64,000 bases of DNA from a virus. Its lineage: Duplodnaviria; Heunggongvirae; Uroviricota; Caudoviricetes. Made by a program: the position numbers and the translations under genes. Numbering within the stretch: position 1 is the stretch's first letter; every line of letters begins with the position of its first letter. Positions 15,150 to 23,529 of this stretch are shown here, piece by piece. The DNA lies in IMG/VR virus record IMGVR_UViG_3300028888_000044, positions 259,539 through 323,538 of that record; one strand, written 5' to 3'. The notes below the pieces were generated by a model. That model worked only from the letters and a program-made list of their open reading frames with translations, was not told the DNA's origin and ran no database searches.

Positions 15150-15441
15150 AGATAAAAGATGTAAGTTAAATGTTGGCTTGGAGGTAGCCATCATCTAAGG
15201 AGTGAGCAGAAAGTGCCTTGTGAGCCTTATGCGACTAGGAGTTAATAGCCTAGAACGTTCTTGACTGTGAAGGGAATATCCACAACATGACATTGTAAAC
15301 TCAATGGTCTGCCATATAAAGTTAGGTATTAGTCCTCCTTTATTCTTTATATGTTGGCAGTATGGCGAGGTTATGAACTCAACTTGCGGTAGGACATACG
15401 CGGTTTCTTTGGTGTAACAACACATAACTTTACTTTTATCT
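15150..15441 (+). ncRNA. mimic of 23S rRNA GTPase-associated centre (H43/H44, uL11 site) with 208-nt insert
   Basis: ATGTTGGCTTGGAGGTAGCCATCATCTAAGGAGT (15170-15203) and GTGTAACAACACAT (15412-15425) align to 23S nt 1057-1090 and 1091-1104 with compensatory changes; long closing helix AGATAAAAG..GTAAGTTA/TAACTTTAC-TTTTATCT. Confidence 0.8.
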
Positions 15442-15659
15442 ATATATTAACAAATTAAATATTAAATAGTTATGAAATTACAAAACAAAAAGAGGCTTTT
15501 AAAAACTGCAATGGCAATGTTTTATAAAACATTTGTACCGTGGATTGTTATTATATATGTACTTGTATTCGCGCATATGGTAATTAATCTTATTTATTGG
15601 TCACATCTTGCTTAAGTGTTGGCGTAATTCTTGCGCGTTTGTAGCACTTTTATCTATTC

Positions 15660-15735
15660 GGTATGTTAGTTCAGTTTTGGTTAGAATGCGGCCCTGTCAC
15701 GGCTGTGGTCATGGGTTCGAGTCCCATACATACCG
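15660..15735 (+). tRNA. tRNA-Asp(GTC)
   Basis: GGTATGT/ACATACC, G73; CGGCC-CTGTCAC-GGCTG. Confidence 0.9.
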
Positions 15736-15748
15736 CATAAACTACAAA

Positions 15749-15856
15749 GGTGACATAGTTTAATGGAAGAGTCCTAGGACATTAAATGAAAAACTTACTC
15801 GAAGAATGACCCCATATAGGGGGTTGGTAGGCGTTCGATTCGTCTTGTCACCGCCA
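15749..15856 (+). ncRNA. tRNA-like RNA without a canonical anticodon arm, encoded CCA
   Basis: GGTGACA/TGTCACC-G-CCA; AGGCG-TTCGATT-CGTCT; extended TTTAATG/CATTAAA arm; GACCCC/GGGGTT arm. Confidence 0.6.
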
Positions 15857-15859
15857 AAT

Positions 15860-16175
15860 AGAGATGGAAAAGCTGAAGTCAATGTACCTTTCAAAGGAGC
15901 CGCGCGGAAACAACCCTTTGATTGTGTGTCAGAACCAGATAGTTTAGTCGCATTGGAAACACGCGATGAAGAGTATTCATCTTTTCTGTTTTGTAGATAC
16001 GTGTAAGACTCCTTTGTGGAGAACCAATTATCACATTGGGAATTTTTTTACTTTGTTCATATATAGTTCAAAAGAACTGTGGACCGTAGCTCATGATAGT
16101 TATTGCGCAAGTCTACGCAGATAGGGGATTACTATCCGTAACCCTTGGGCAGAATAATAAAATACCCAATTTTAT
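15860..16175 (+). ncRNA. candidate structured RNA (~315 nt)
   Basis: CAAAGGAG/CTCCTTTG long-range helix plus several hairpins; GC richer than neighbouring spacers. Confidence 0.4.
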
Positions 16176-16183
16176 AATATGAA

Positions 16184-16257
16184 GGGCGCGTAGCTTAATT
16201 GGTTGAAGCAAAACACTCATAATGTTGAGATTGCAGGTTCAAGTCCTGTCGTGCCCA
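16184..16257 (+). tRNA. tRNA with CAT anticodon (elongator Met or Ile2)
   Basis: GGGCGCG/CGTGCCC; AAACA-CTCATAA-TGTTG. Confidence 0.85.
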
Positions 16258-16259
16258 CT

Positions 16260-16682
16260 ATGATACAAGCAATTTCAGAATATTATTTACAAAAAGGATT
16301 TGATAAGGTATATATAAATACAAATAAAGAACCTAGAAAAGTTGCAACATTACATCGTCCAGATGGCTCAATAACAAGTATGAGTTATGCAAAGTATCTC
16401 TATACAAGCCACTATAAAACAGATGTGGCAGAAGGAGACCAAGTAGACCATATAAATGGAGACAAAATGGACGATAGAATAGAAAACTTACAAGTTCTTT
16501 CAAGAAACTATAACAACAAGAAAGACAGAGAACCAGCAAAATATGTAATGTGTATCTGTCCTGTTTGTGGTTGTGAATTTATCTTTCCCAAAAGAAACAT
16601 TAACTCACATCCAAATCCTTGTTGTAGTAGAAAATGTGGAGGAATAAAATCTTATTTGAATAGTACACCACGAAAACAGTGA
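16260..16682 (+). CDS. HNH endonuclease (HNH_3-like) with C-terminal Zn ribbon
   Basis: QVDHINGDKMDDRIENLQVL; CPVCG...CCSRKC; ATG abuts the tRNA 3' end. Confidence 0.85.
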   Translation: MIQAISEYYLQKGFDKVYINTNKEPRKVATLHRPDGSITSMSYAKYLYTSHYKTDVAEGDQVDHINGDKMDDRIENLQVLSRNYNNKKDREPAKYVMCICPVCGCEFIFPKRNINSHPNPCCSRKCGGIKSYLNSTPRKQ

Positions 16683-17021
16683 AATCGCGTATGGGTTCAA
16701 GTCCCTCTCATTGTCATAATAAAAACAGTAATGCATCTTCGAAGATTTCAATAAAAATAACAGCAAACAAGTTGAAACCTTTAGTGATAAAGGTTAGAAT
16801 GGTAAAAACTGAATTGGTGCTTAGAGCAACACTCTGAAACTAAGTATGTCGACAGTAGAGTGAAAACTTGTTTGATAAAGTTAGCCACCTTTCTAATTCC
16901 ATATTTATGAAATTTTTTTGAATAAATGGTTTCAATATACTATTTATTATAGAAGCTACATAATTGTTACATTGATTTATTTTTACATTAGCAATGTTGG
17001 TTAAAATAAATCATTTTTAAT

Positions 17022-17093
17022 GGCTCGATAGTTCAGTTGGCAAAATACTAGATTTGTAATCTTGAGTCGAGGGTTCGAACCCCTCTTGAGCCT
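17022..17093 (+). tRNA. tRNA-Thr(TGT)
   Basis: GGCTCGA/TTGAGCC; CTAGA-TTTGTAA-TCTTG. Confidence 0.85.
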
Positions 17094-17123
17094 CATATTG
17101 ATAAAAAAAAAGGAACCTAATGG

Positions 17124-17164
17124 ATGCCTAGCGCGTGATAAATTCACGTACTAGGCATTTTTTT
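17124..17164 (+). terminator. terminator ending the tRNA array
   Basis: ATGCCTAG...CTAGGCAT followed by T-run. Confidence 0.75.
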
Positions 17165-17271
17165 ATATGTTCACAGATATTTTATTTAAAAATTTTGTTA
17201 AAATAAATTTACTTTTTTTAATTTTTATTTATATACTTGAATAAAGTTTAATTTATAATAAAACTAAAAAT

Positions 17272-17886
17272 ATGGTAAGTATTATTATTGGAATCGTTGT
17301 TGCACTAATGTTTGGTGTAGTTATGTGGCTACAAGTGATACACATAATACACAACAACAACGAAACGTGGTGGAAGCTGAACGGAAACAAGAATTTTCCA
17401 ATCAAACACAAAGGCAAAACAGTTTGGATTAGTAGGTCTGTAGCCGTAGTAGGGTTCGTATTCTGTAAAGATGATGAAGGTAATTGGTATGTATTGGCAA
17501 ACAAGAGAGGTAAAGGCACACCAGATTTTCAAGGTTTGTGGAATTTAGTTTGCGGATATATAGAAAAGGATGAAACTGGTGAAGAAGCAGTTGTTAGGGA
17601 AATCTACGAAGAAACTGGCTTGGAGCTTGACAAGAGCAAATTTGAACTATGTAGAGTTAGCACAAATCCAAAAAACAATAGGCAGAACATCAGCTTGGGA
17701 TATATGACAATACTTGATGGAACTATTGCTGACCATTCAAATTTCAACAAGAATCATATGGAAAAGGATGAGGTTGAAGAAATCAAATGGATTAAGATAA
17801 GCACTTTGTTCTTATATGAATGGGCATTTGGGCATGACGAGATAATTCAGAATATTTACACAACCAAAATGGACAAAGATGATTGA
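17272..17886 (+). CDS. Nudix hydrolase with N-terminal TM helix
   Basis: GYIEKDETGEEAVVREIYEETGL Nudix box; hydrophobic N-terminus. Confidence 0.88.
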   Translation: MVSIIIGIVVALMFGVVMWLQVIHIIHNNNETWWKLNGNKNFPIKHKGKTVWISRSVAVVGFVFCKDDEGNWYVLANKRGKGTPDFQGLWNLVCGYIEKDETGEEAVVREIYEETGLELDKSKFELCRVSTNPKNNRQNISLGYMTILDGTIADHSNFNKNHMEKDEVEEIKWIKISTLFLYEWAFGHDEIIQNIYTTKMDKDD

Positions 17887-18619
17887 AACAGACAAAATTT
17901 ACAACATTGATTGCATCGATGGTATGAAGATGATGGACGAAGATTCAGTTGATTTAATAGTAACGTCACCGCCATATAACATTGGTATAGACTATGATGA
18001 ATACGATGACAACAAATCTTGGGATGAATATTATGAATGGTGTAATGCTTGGCTTAAAGAATGCTACAGAGTATTGAAAAAGGATGGAGGTAGAATTTGC
18101 ATTGACCATTATTTAAGCCTTGGTAATGCAAAGTTCAGAACAAGTCCAATTTCAGTTCTTTATAACATAATGGAAAAGATTGGTTTCAAGCATCACTCTA
18201 TTGCAGTTTGGACTGATATAACGTTAGCCAAGAGAACAGCTTGGGGAAGCTATATGAAGGCATCTGCACCATATATTAATGCACCATTTGAAGGTATACT
18301 TATCGACTACAAGGAAAATTGGAAAAAACCGTTGAATGGAACATCAACGATAAACAAGGATGATTTTGTTAAGCTTACACGCGGTATTTGGGACATTAAG
18401 ACTGAAACGAAAGGATTGACAAAAGCAAACTTTTCTCTTGATTTACCTACAAAGGCTATTAATCTGTTGACATATGAAGGTGATTTGGTACTTGACCCAT
18501 TTATGGGGAGTGGAACTACAGCTTTAGCTGCCAAGAGGTTAAATAGAAAATTCATTGGTTTTGAAATATCAAAGGAATATTGCAAGATAGCCAATGACAG
18601 AATAAATGAAATATTTTAA
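17879..18619 (+). CDS. orphan DNA N4-cytosine/N6-adenine methyltransferase (beta class)
   Basis: DLIVTSPPY before VLDPFMGSGTTA. Confidence 0.92.
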   Translation: MIETDKIYNIDCIDGMKMMDEDSVDLIVTSPPYNIGIDYDEYDDNKSWDEYYEWCNAWLKECYRVLKKDGGRICIDHYLSLGNAKFRTSPISVLYNIMEKIGFKHHSIAVWTDITLAKRTAWGSYMKASAPYINAPFEGILIDYKENWKKPLNGTSTINKDDFVKLTRGIWDIKTETKGLTKANFSLDLPTKAINLLTYEGDLVLDPFMGSGTTALAAKRLNRKFIGFEISKEYCKIANDRINEIF

Positions 18620-18622
18620 TTG

Positions 18623-18667
18623 AAAAGCACCAGTTATATATTATTTTATAACTGATGCTTTTTTTTT
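18623..18667 (+). terminator. terminator
   Basis: AAAAGCA-CCAGTTATA/TATAACTG-ATGCTTTT plus T-run. Confidence 0.65.
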
Positions 18668-18728
18668 AACATTTTTTAGTTTTTTTTCTGATTATTTTTT
18701 TATATCATAACAAAAAAGACGGATTTTT

Positions 18729-19244
18729 ATGAAATTTAGTATTATTGCATGTGTTAACAAGAAGCTTGCCATTGGCAAGGATGGAGGATTGATGTTTCAT
18801 ATTGGAAACGACCTCAAGAATTTTAGGAGGATGACTCTTAATAATGTGGTTATTATGGGTAGGAAGACGTTTGAATCTCTTCCTAATGCTCAACCGTTGA
18901 AGGATAGGATTAATATCATCATTACAAGTGACAAAGAATATTCTGTTGACAGTTCGTTTGAGAATGTTTACATTGTTCATTCTCCAGAAGATGCTGTTGA
19001 ACTTGTTGAATGTATGTTTGATGACAAGGAGGCTTTTGTGATTGGTGGTGCATCTATTTATCAATGGTTTTTGGATAACAATGTTGTTTCATCTATGTAT
19101 ATTACTGAAGTCAATAACGAGGATGAAGGTGACACTTATTTTCCGAATGTGCTTGACAATTTTTATCTGTTCTATCAATCCTATACACAAAGGCAGAGAA
19201 CTGATGAGACAACATATAAGTTTTCGATATATGTTCGTAGATAA
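18729..19244 (+). CDS. folA: dihydrofolate reductase
   Basis: AIGKDGGLMF, DLKNFRRMT, VIMGRKTFESLP, LKDRINIII, FVIGGASIY, GDTYFP. Confidence 0.95.
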   Translation: MKFSIIACVNKKLAIGKDGGLMFHIGNDLKNFRRMTLNNVVIMGRKTFESLPNAQPLKDRINIIITSDKEYSVDSSFENVYIVHSPEDAVELVECMFDDKEAFVIGGASIYQWFLDNNVVSSMYITEVNNEDEGDTYFPNVLDNFYLFYQSYTQRQRTDETTYKFSIYVRR

Positions 19245-19315
19245 TATTTAACATTTTTTAATTAATATTATTTATGAAATAGAAAATATTTTTATATTCT
19301 TACGAAAAGACAAGT

Positions 19316-19576
19316 ATGAATATTGCAGAATTCAAAAAAACAAATGATTATCGAGATATTTGTTATTTCATAAAGCACGTTCCTTACGTTAATACTCGCA
19401 TAGGAATCTTAAGGGAACTTGGGTACGCAGTGATTCCTAAAAAGATTATAAACAGTAAGAAGGAATTAAAAACTAAAGTTACAAGTTATAAATCAATTAT
19501 TTATGTTCAAGTCACGAATCGAATAGAACGTAAGGATTATGCTTGGTTCATTAAAATACAGTTTGAGAACAAATAA
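19316..19576 (+). CDS. hypothetical basic protein
   Basis: 86-aa ORF. Confidence 0.65.
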   Translation: MNIAEFKKTNDYRDICYFIKHVPYVNTRIGILRELGYAVIPKKIINSKKELKTKVTSYKSIIYVQVTNRIERKDYAWFIKIQFENK

Positions 19577-19594
19577 TATTAAGTAATTAAAGAA

Positions 19595-20881
19595 ATGGAT
19601 ATTAAAAAGGAGGAACAGACAAGTTCTAATGTGCAGCCACAAACTACTGAACAGCCAAATGCTGCTGAAACAACAAGTGTTAATGAGACTTCTACTGACA
19701 AGAAAGAGGATTCTACAGACAAGAAAGAGGATTCTACAGAAAATACTGAAAATTCTAATGGTAAGCCTACATTAGCGCTTAAAAGGTTGGATGAAACGTT
19801 CGTTTATGATGTGATGCAAGTTCCTACAGCGACTCATCATGAGTATCGTATGGTTATGTTTATTATCATATGGGCTAAGAGGAACAACATCAATTATGAA
19901 ATGGATGATTATGGTAATCTGTATCTAACTAAAGGTGTGTTGGATGAAGGAGAGTCATATCCTTGTGTTACTTCGCATTTGGATACTGTTCAAGATAATC
20001 AAATTATTTATGCCAAGGCTGGTGCAAATCTTGAGGTTAAGACCTCAATCGAGGATGGTAAGCACAAGATTTATGTAGATGATTTTGGTATTGGTGGCGA
20101 TGACAAGGCTGGTATTCTTTTGTCGTTGAGTATGTTCAAGTTCTTCGACAAGCTTAAGGCTTGTTTTTTCCTTGAAGAAGAAATCGGTAATGTAGGTTCG
20201 TCACACTTGAATAAGGATTGGTTTAACAATGTTGGTTATGTTATTGGTTATGACTCACCAGATTTAAATCGTGCTGCATACAAGTGTGCTGGTGTAAAGC
20301 TGATGAATAAGGCTTTCTTCACTGAAAACGGACTTGACGAGATTTGCAAAAAGCACGGTCTTGATGACTTTAGGGCAGAACCATATACTGATGTTGTACA
20401 AATCCGAAAGCAGACCAACGTTATGTGTATGAACTTTGGTACAGGTTATTATCGATGCCATATGCCAAATGAATACTGTATCATTGAGGATATGGATGCG
20501 GCTCTTGATATGGGTGTCGAAATCATTGAAAAGCTTGGCAGAGTAAGATATACATTACCTTGTGATACTAAGGAAAATTATGTGAAGGATGCAGACAGCA
20601 TGTACTTCGAAGGTTTGAAACCAAGACCGACTTATACTTACACTTCACCATACTACAACAATAACTATAATCACTCATATAGTGGTAGTTCTTCTTATAA
20701 CACTACTAAACCAACTGTAGTAAAGAATGAAGTCAACAGTGAAATGGTTAAATACGTTGTGGACGTTTATGACCAGAGAATTAGTGACATTGAAGATGAT
20801 GTAAAGGCTAAGTGTGAAGAGCTTGGTATTAATTTCAATGAGACTTTTGCAACTATTTTTTCAACTCAAATTTCTTTTTAA
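19595..20881 (+). CDS. M28/M20-like Zn metallopeptidase
   Basis: SHLDTV, GGDDKAG, EEEIG, YD and C-terminal H ligands; low-complexity N-terminus with a 21-nt tandem duplication (TDKKEDS x2). Confidence 0.8.
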   Translation: MDIKKEEQTSSNVQPQTTEQPNAAETTSVNETSTDKKEDSTDKKEDSTENTENSNGKPTLALKRLDETFVYDVMQVPTATHHEYRMVMFIIIWAKRNNINYEMDDYGNLYLTKGVLDEGESYPCVTSHLDTVQDNQIIYAKAGANLEVKTSIEDGKHKIYVDDFGIGGDDKAGILLSLSMFKFFDKLKACFFLEEEIGNVGSSHLNKDWFNNVGYVIGYDSPDLNRAAYKCAGVKLMNKAFFTENGLDEICKKHGLDDFRAEPYTDVVQIRKQTNVMCMNFGTGYYRCHMPNEYCIIEDMDAALDMGVEIIEKLGRVRYTLPCDTKENYVKDADSMYFEGLKPRPTYTYTSPYYNNNYNHSYSGSSSYNTTKPTVVKNEVNSEMVKYVVDVYDQRISDIEDDVKAKCEELGINFNETFATIFSTQISF

Positions 20882-20894
20882 ATAGAAAATCTAT

Positions 20895-23252
20895 ATGATT
20901 GGGAAATTTTGTATGGGGTTTCAGCATTTATTCAAAAGTGCTGAAACCAAATCATCAAATATAGGATTACTAATACACCATAATGAGTTAAGAATGTTAT
21001 ATTACAAGATACTCACCAATGGTAATTTAGTTCTCATAAACAATAGAGCTTCACGAAACAGAGATTGCGTTAATGATGAAGTGATGTCATTTATGGAAGC
21101 TACAGACCGAAATGGAAGCGTAGTTATTCTTCGTAAAAACAGTTCTACAGATAAGCAATGGTTCAATCAAGTTTATATGGGTGGTGGCCACGTTTTTCTA
21201 ATGTTCCCAACAGATTTTCAAGAAAGTTTTGAATCATTTATTAATGCAAACAAGAAACAATATTCAAACCTTCAATCTAAATACGGTAGCGTAAGAAAAA
21301 ATGAGTATTTTTTCTATTCAATATGCAATAATAGTATGAATTTCTTTTCTTGGTTATTGAAGAACTATTACGAATATGAAGTTAATCCTCAAATGTTGTA
21401 TTTCATTATGAGGTGGAATGAAAAGTATCCGAAACTGTCTTCAAAATTATCCAAGGGTACTATTACTGCGTATAAAAACAACAGTAATATTTTTAAGCTT
21501 GTCACTGAAATAATTAATGTCACTCAAGATAAGAGAATCAATGACTCAATTTCGCAGTTCAATACTGCGCAAAAGCATATGCTACAGTCATTACCAAAAG
21601 ATTGTGACGAGCGAAAGATTTTATCACAATTCTTTAGGCTTTCTGATATACAAAAGAAAAATTTCATTCAAAAGGTTTCTAGTATTGAATCTTTGGAAGA
21701 ACTTATTCACCAGCTTCGTTTGGTTTGTGAAACTCATTTCTTATGGAACAAGGAAAGCTTCTTTGAATATCTGAACAATACGAAGCATCTTGATTACAGC
21801 ATCATTTATGACAATAACAACTGTGTTGTTGTAAGAGTCAACGATTATGAAACAGTAAGACGTTTGGCAAAGACAACAAATTGGTGCATTAGCAAGGAGA
21901 AGTCATACTGGAATCAATATATGTCTAATGGTTATTCTATCCAATACGTATTGTTTGATTTCAACGAGAAAATTGATAGCGAATTTTCTATTATTGGCAT
22001 TACTGTGCAAAATAACCGAATCGAGCATTCGCATTCTTTTGTAAACAAGAATCTTGTTCATAGGAGAGAATATAACTATTTTCCACTTCCAACATTCAGC
22101 AATGACAGAGGCGATGAAAATGTTTACAGTCTTTTAAAGTCAAAACAAATTCCATTATCTATTTTTGAAATAGATTGCAGAAATCAATTTCAATTTCAAT
22201 GGAATAAACAAAGTTGTTTGGCATACATTGGCAAGATTAAGAATGGTAACTATTCGATTGTTAAGGAAACTGATACCACACTTGTAGTGAAATGCGATTT
22301 TAAATGTCTTGTCGAAATAGCCAATCAAAAGCAATTGGAGAATATTGCAATAACGGAACATTTGAGTGAAAGCATAAAAGATTTGTATTATCTTGTGTTA
22401 TTCAATTTTGATAATGAAATACAGCAAGAACAATCATTCTTCATACTTCAAATAATACCTAACAAGCCCAATGTGTGCCGTATTGGAAATATTTACGGAA
22501 TCACATATGGTTGTTCTATCTTATATTCAATTATTCACCAGTTTGATTTACCAACAACCATATTTACGCAAGAAGAAAACAAGCTTTTATTGCTGAGTCA
22601 AATAATGATGAATGGGGATATTAAATATGCGTCTGAATTGATTGATAGTATTGATAATTTCGATTACAATACCTTGGAAAGAAAGGATGATTATTTGGCT
22701 TATATGACTGATGCATTTTTAAACTCGTGGTATGGACGATATTCATTCGCATTGTTCGATTTGGTTTACGAAAAAGGTATTACCTTGTCAACTTTATTAC
22801 CAAAAGATAGAATAATCTATTTGTTGACAGAACTTGTCTCAACTTCAAGGCAGAATTACCGAGACACCAATATATCTAACGAGGACTACGAAGCATTTGC
22901 TAATGGTACACTTTTGGATATGCGTAAATGTATGTATATAGCTACTATTCAACTTCTTAATAAAATAAAGGAGCATGAAGACAATAAATTATTTATTGAT
23001 ATAGCCAAATACATACTAAACGATAGGATTTGGTGTTATGGCTTATACGAATTGATTTTTGAAACGGCATTGGACACATTTAATTCCATCAACACAAAAG
23101 CAAATTCGAGGATGGTATTAAATATTATCAAAATGGCTGCTAACAACTCAAAGCCAGATATTATCAAAAAGGTTTTGGAAAGGCATCCTAGCAATCTAAT
23201 TTTGGCTAATATTCCAATGCAATATCAAATAGATGATGTTAACAAAAATTAA
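20895..23252 (+). CDS. large hypothetical protein with TxWC domain, paralogue of 23530
   Basis: FNTAQK, WNKESF, TTNWCISKEKSYWNQY motifs shared with next large ORF. Confidence 0.8.
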   Translation: MIGKFCMGFQHLFKSAETKSSNIGLLIHHNELRMLYYKILTNGNLVLINNRASRNRDCVNDEVMSFMEATDRNGSVVILRKNSSTDKQWFNQVYMGGGHVFLMFPTDFQESFESFINANKKQYSNLQSKYGSVRKNEYFFYSICNNSMNFFSWLLKNYYEYEVNPQMLYFIMRWNEKYPKLSSKLSKGTITAYKNNSNIFKLVTEIINVTQDKRINDSISQFNTAQKHMLQSLPKDCDERKILSQFFRLSDIQKKNFIQKVSSIESLEELIHQLRLVCETHFLWNKESFFEYLNNTKHLDYSIIYDNNNCVVVRVNDYETVRRLAKTTNWCISKEKSYWNQYMSNGYSIQYVLFDFNEKIDSEFSIIGITVQNNRIEHSHSFVNKNLVHRREYNYFPLPTFSNDRGDENVYSLLKSKQIPLSIFEIDCRNQFQFQWNKQSCLAYIGKIKNGNYSIVKETDTTLVVKCDFKCLVEIANQKQLENIAITEHLSESIKDLYYLVLFNFDNEIQQEQSFFILQIIPNKPNVCRIGNIYGITYGCSILYSIIHQFDLPTTIFTQEENKLLLLSQIMMNGDIKYASELIDSIDNFDYNTLERKDDYLAYMTDAFLNSWYGRYSFALFDLVYEKGITLSTLLPKDRIIYLLTELVSTSRQNYRDTNISNEDYEAFANGTLLDMRKCMYIATIQLLNKIKEHEDNKLFIDIAKYILNDRIWCYGLYELIFETALDTFNSINTKANSRMVLNIIKMAANNSKPDIIKKVLERHPSNLILANIPMQYQIDDVNKN

Positions 23253-23299
23253 CTATTATAGTTTTTGAATGTGCTAAATCATTTATATATTCACGTTGT

Positions 23300-23482
23300 A
23301 TGAAATTCATAATGATTTTGATAGCTGTGATTTTAACGGCAATCTTTCTGAACTACAAAATAAGCAAATCCGTTAGAGTCATAGCTTTTCAAGAAGAAGA
23401 AACCCCAACCGAAAGAATTGTTTCCTTTGTGCTTCTGATAATCATATGCATATTTTGGGTTTCATATTTTTATTTTTTTTGA
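23300..23482 (+). CDS. small 2-TM membrane protein
   Basis: 60-aa ORF with two hydrophobic helices. Confidence 0.6.
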   Translation: MKFIMILIAVILTAIFLNYKISKSVRVIAFQEEETPTERIVSFVLLIIICIFWVSYFYFF

Positions 23483-23529
23483 ATGAGATAGAGTAAGATA
23501 TACAACAATTTAAATTAACATTTTAACAA

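Noticed and set aside
15204-15411. Canonical group I intron
   Set aside because: GACTA/TAGTC could form P7, but the 5' strand lies only ~25 nt into the insert, leaving no room for P3-P6.
15150-15441. Host rRNA gene or contamination
   Set aside because: Similarity is limited to the 58-nt H43/H44 domain, is split by an insert and carries compensatory changes; no flanking rRNA sequence is present.
15860-16175. RNase P RNA
   Set aside because: Lacks the GAGGAAAGUCC and 3' AGAA...GGCUUA P4 signatures.
3493-16259. Track ORF starts extending into tRNA or ncRNA genes (3493, 10196, 13856, 15806, 16203)
   Set aside because: The N-terminal extensions translate RNA-gene sequence; downstream ATGs were used or the ORF was dropped.
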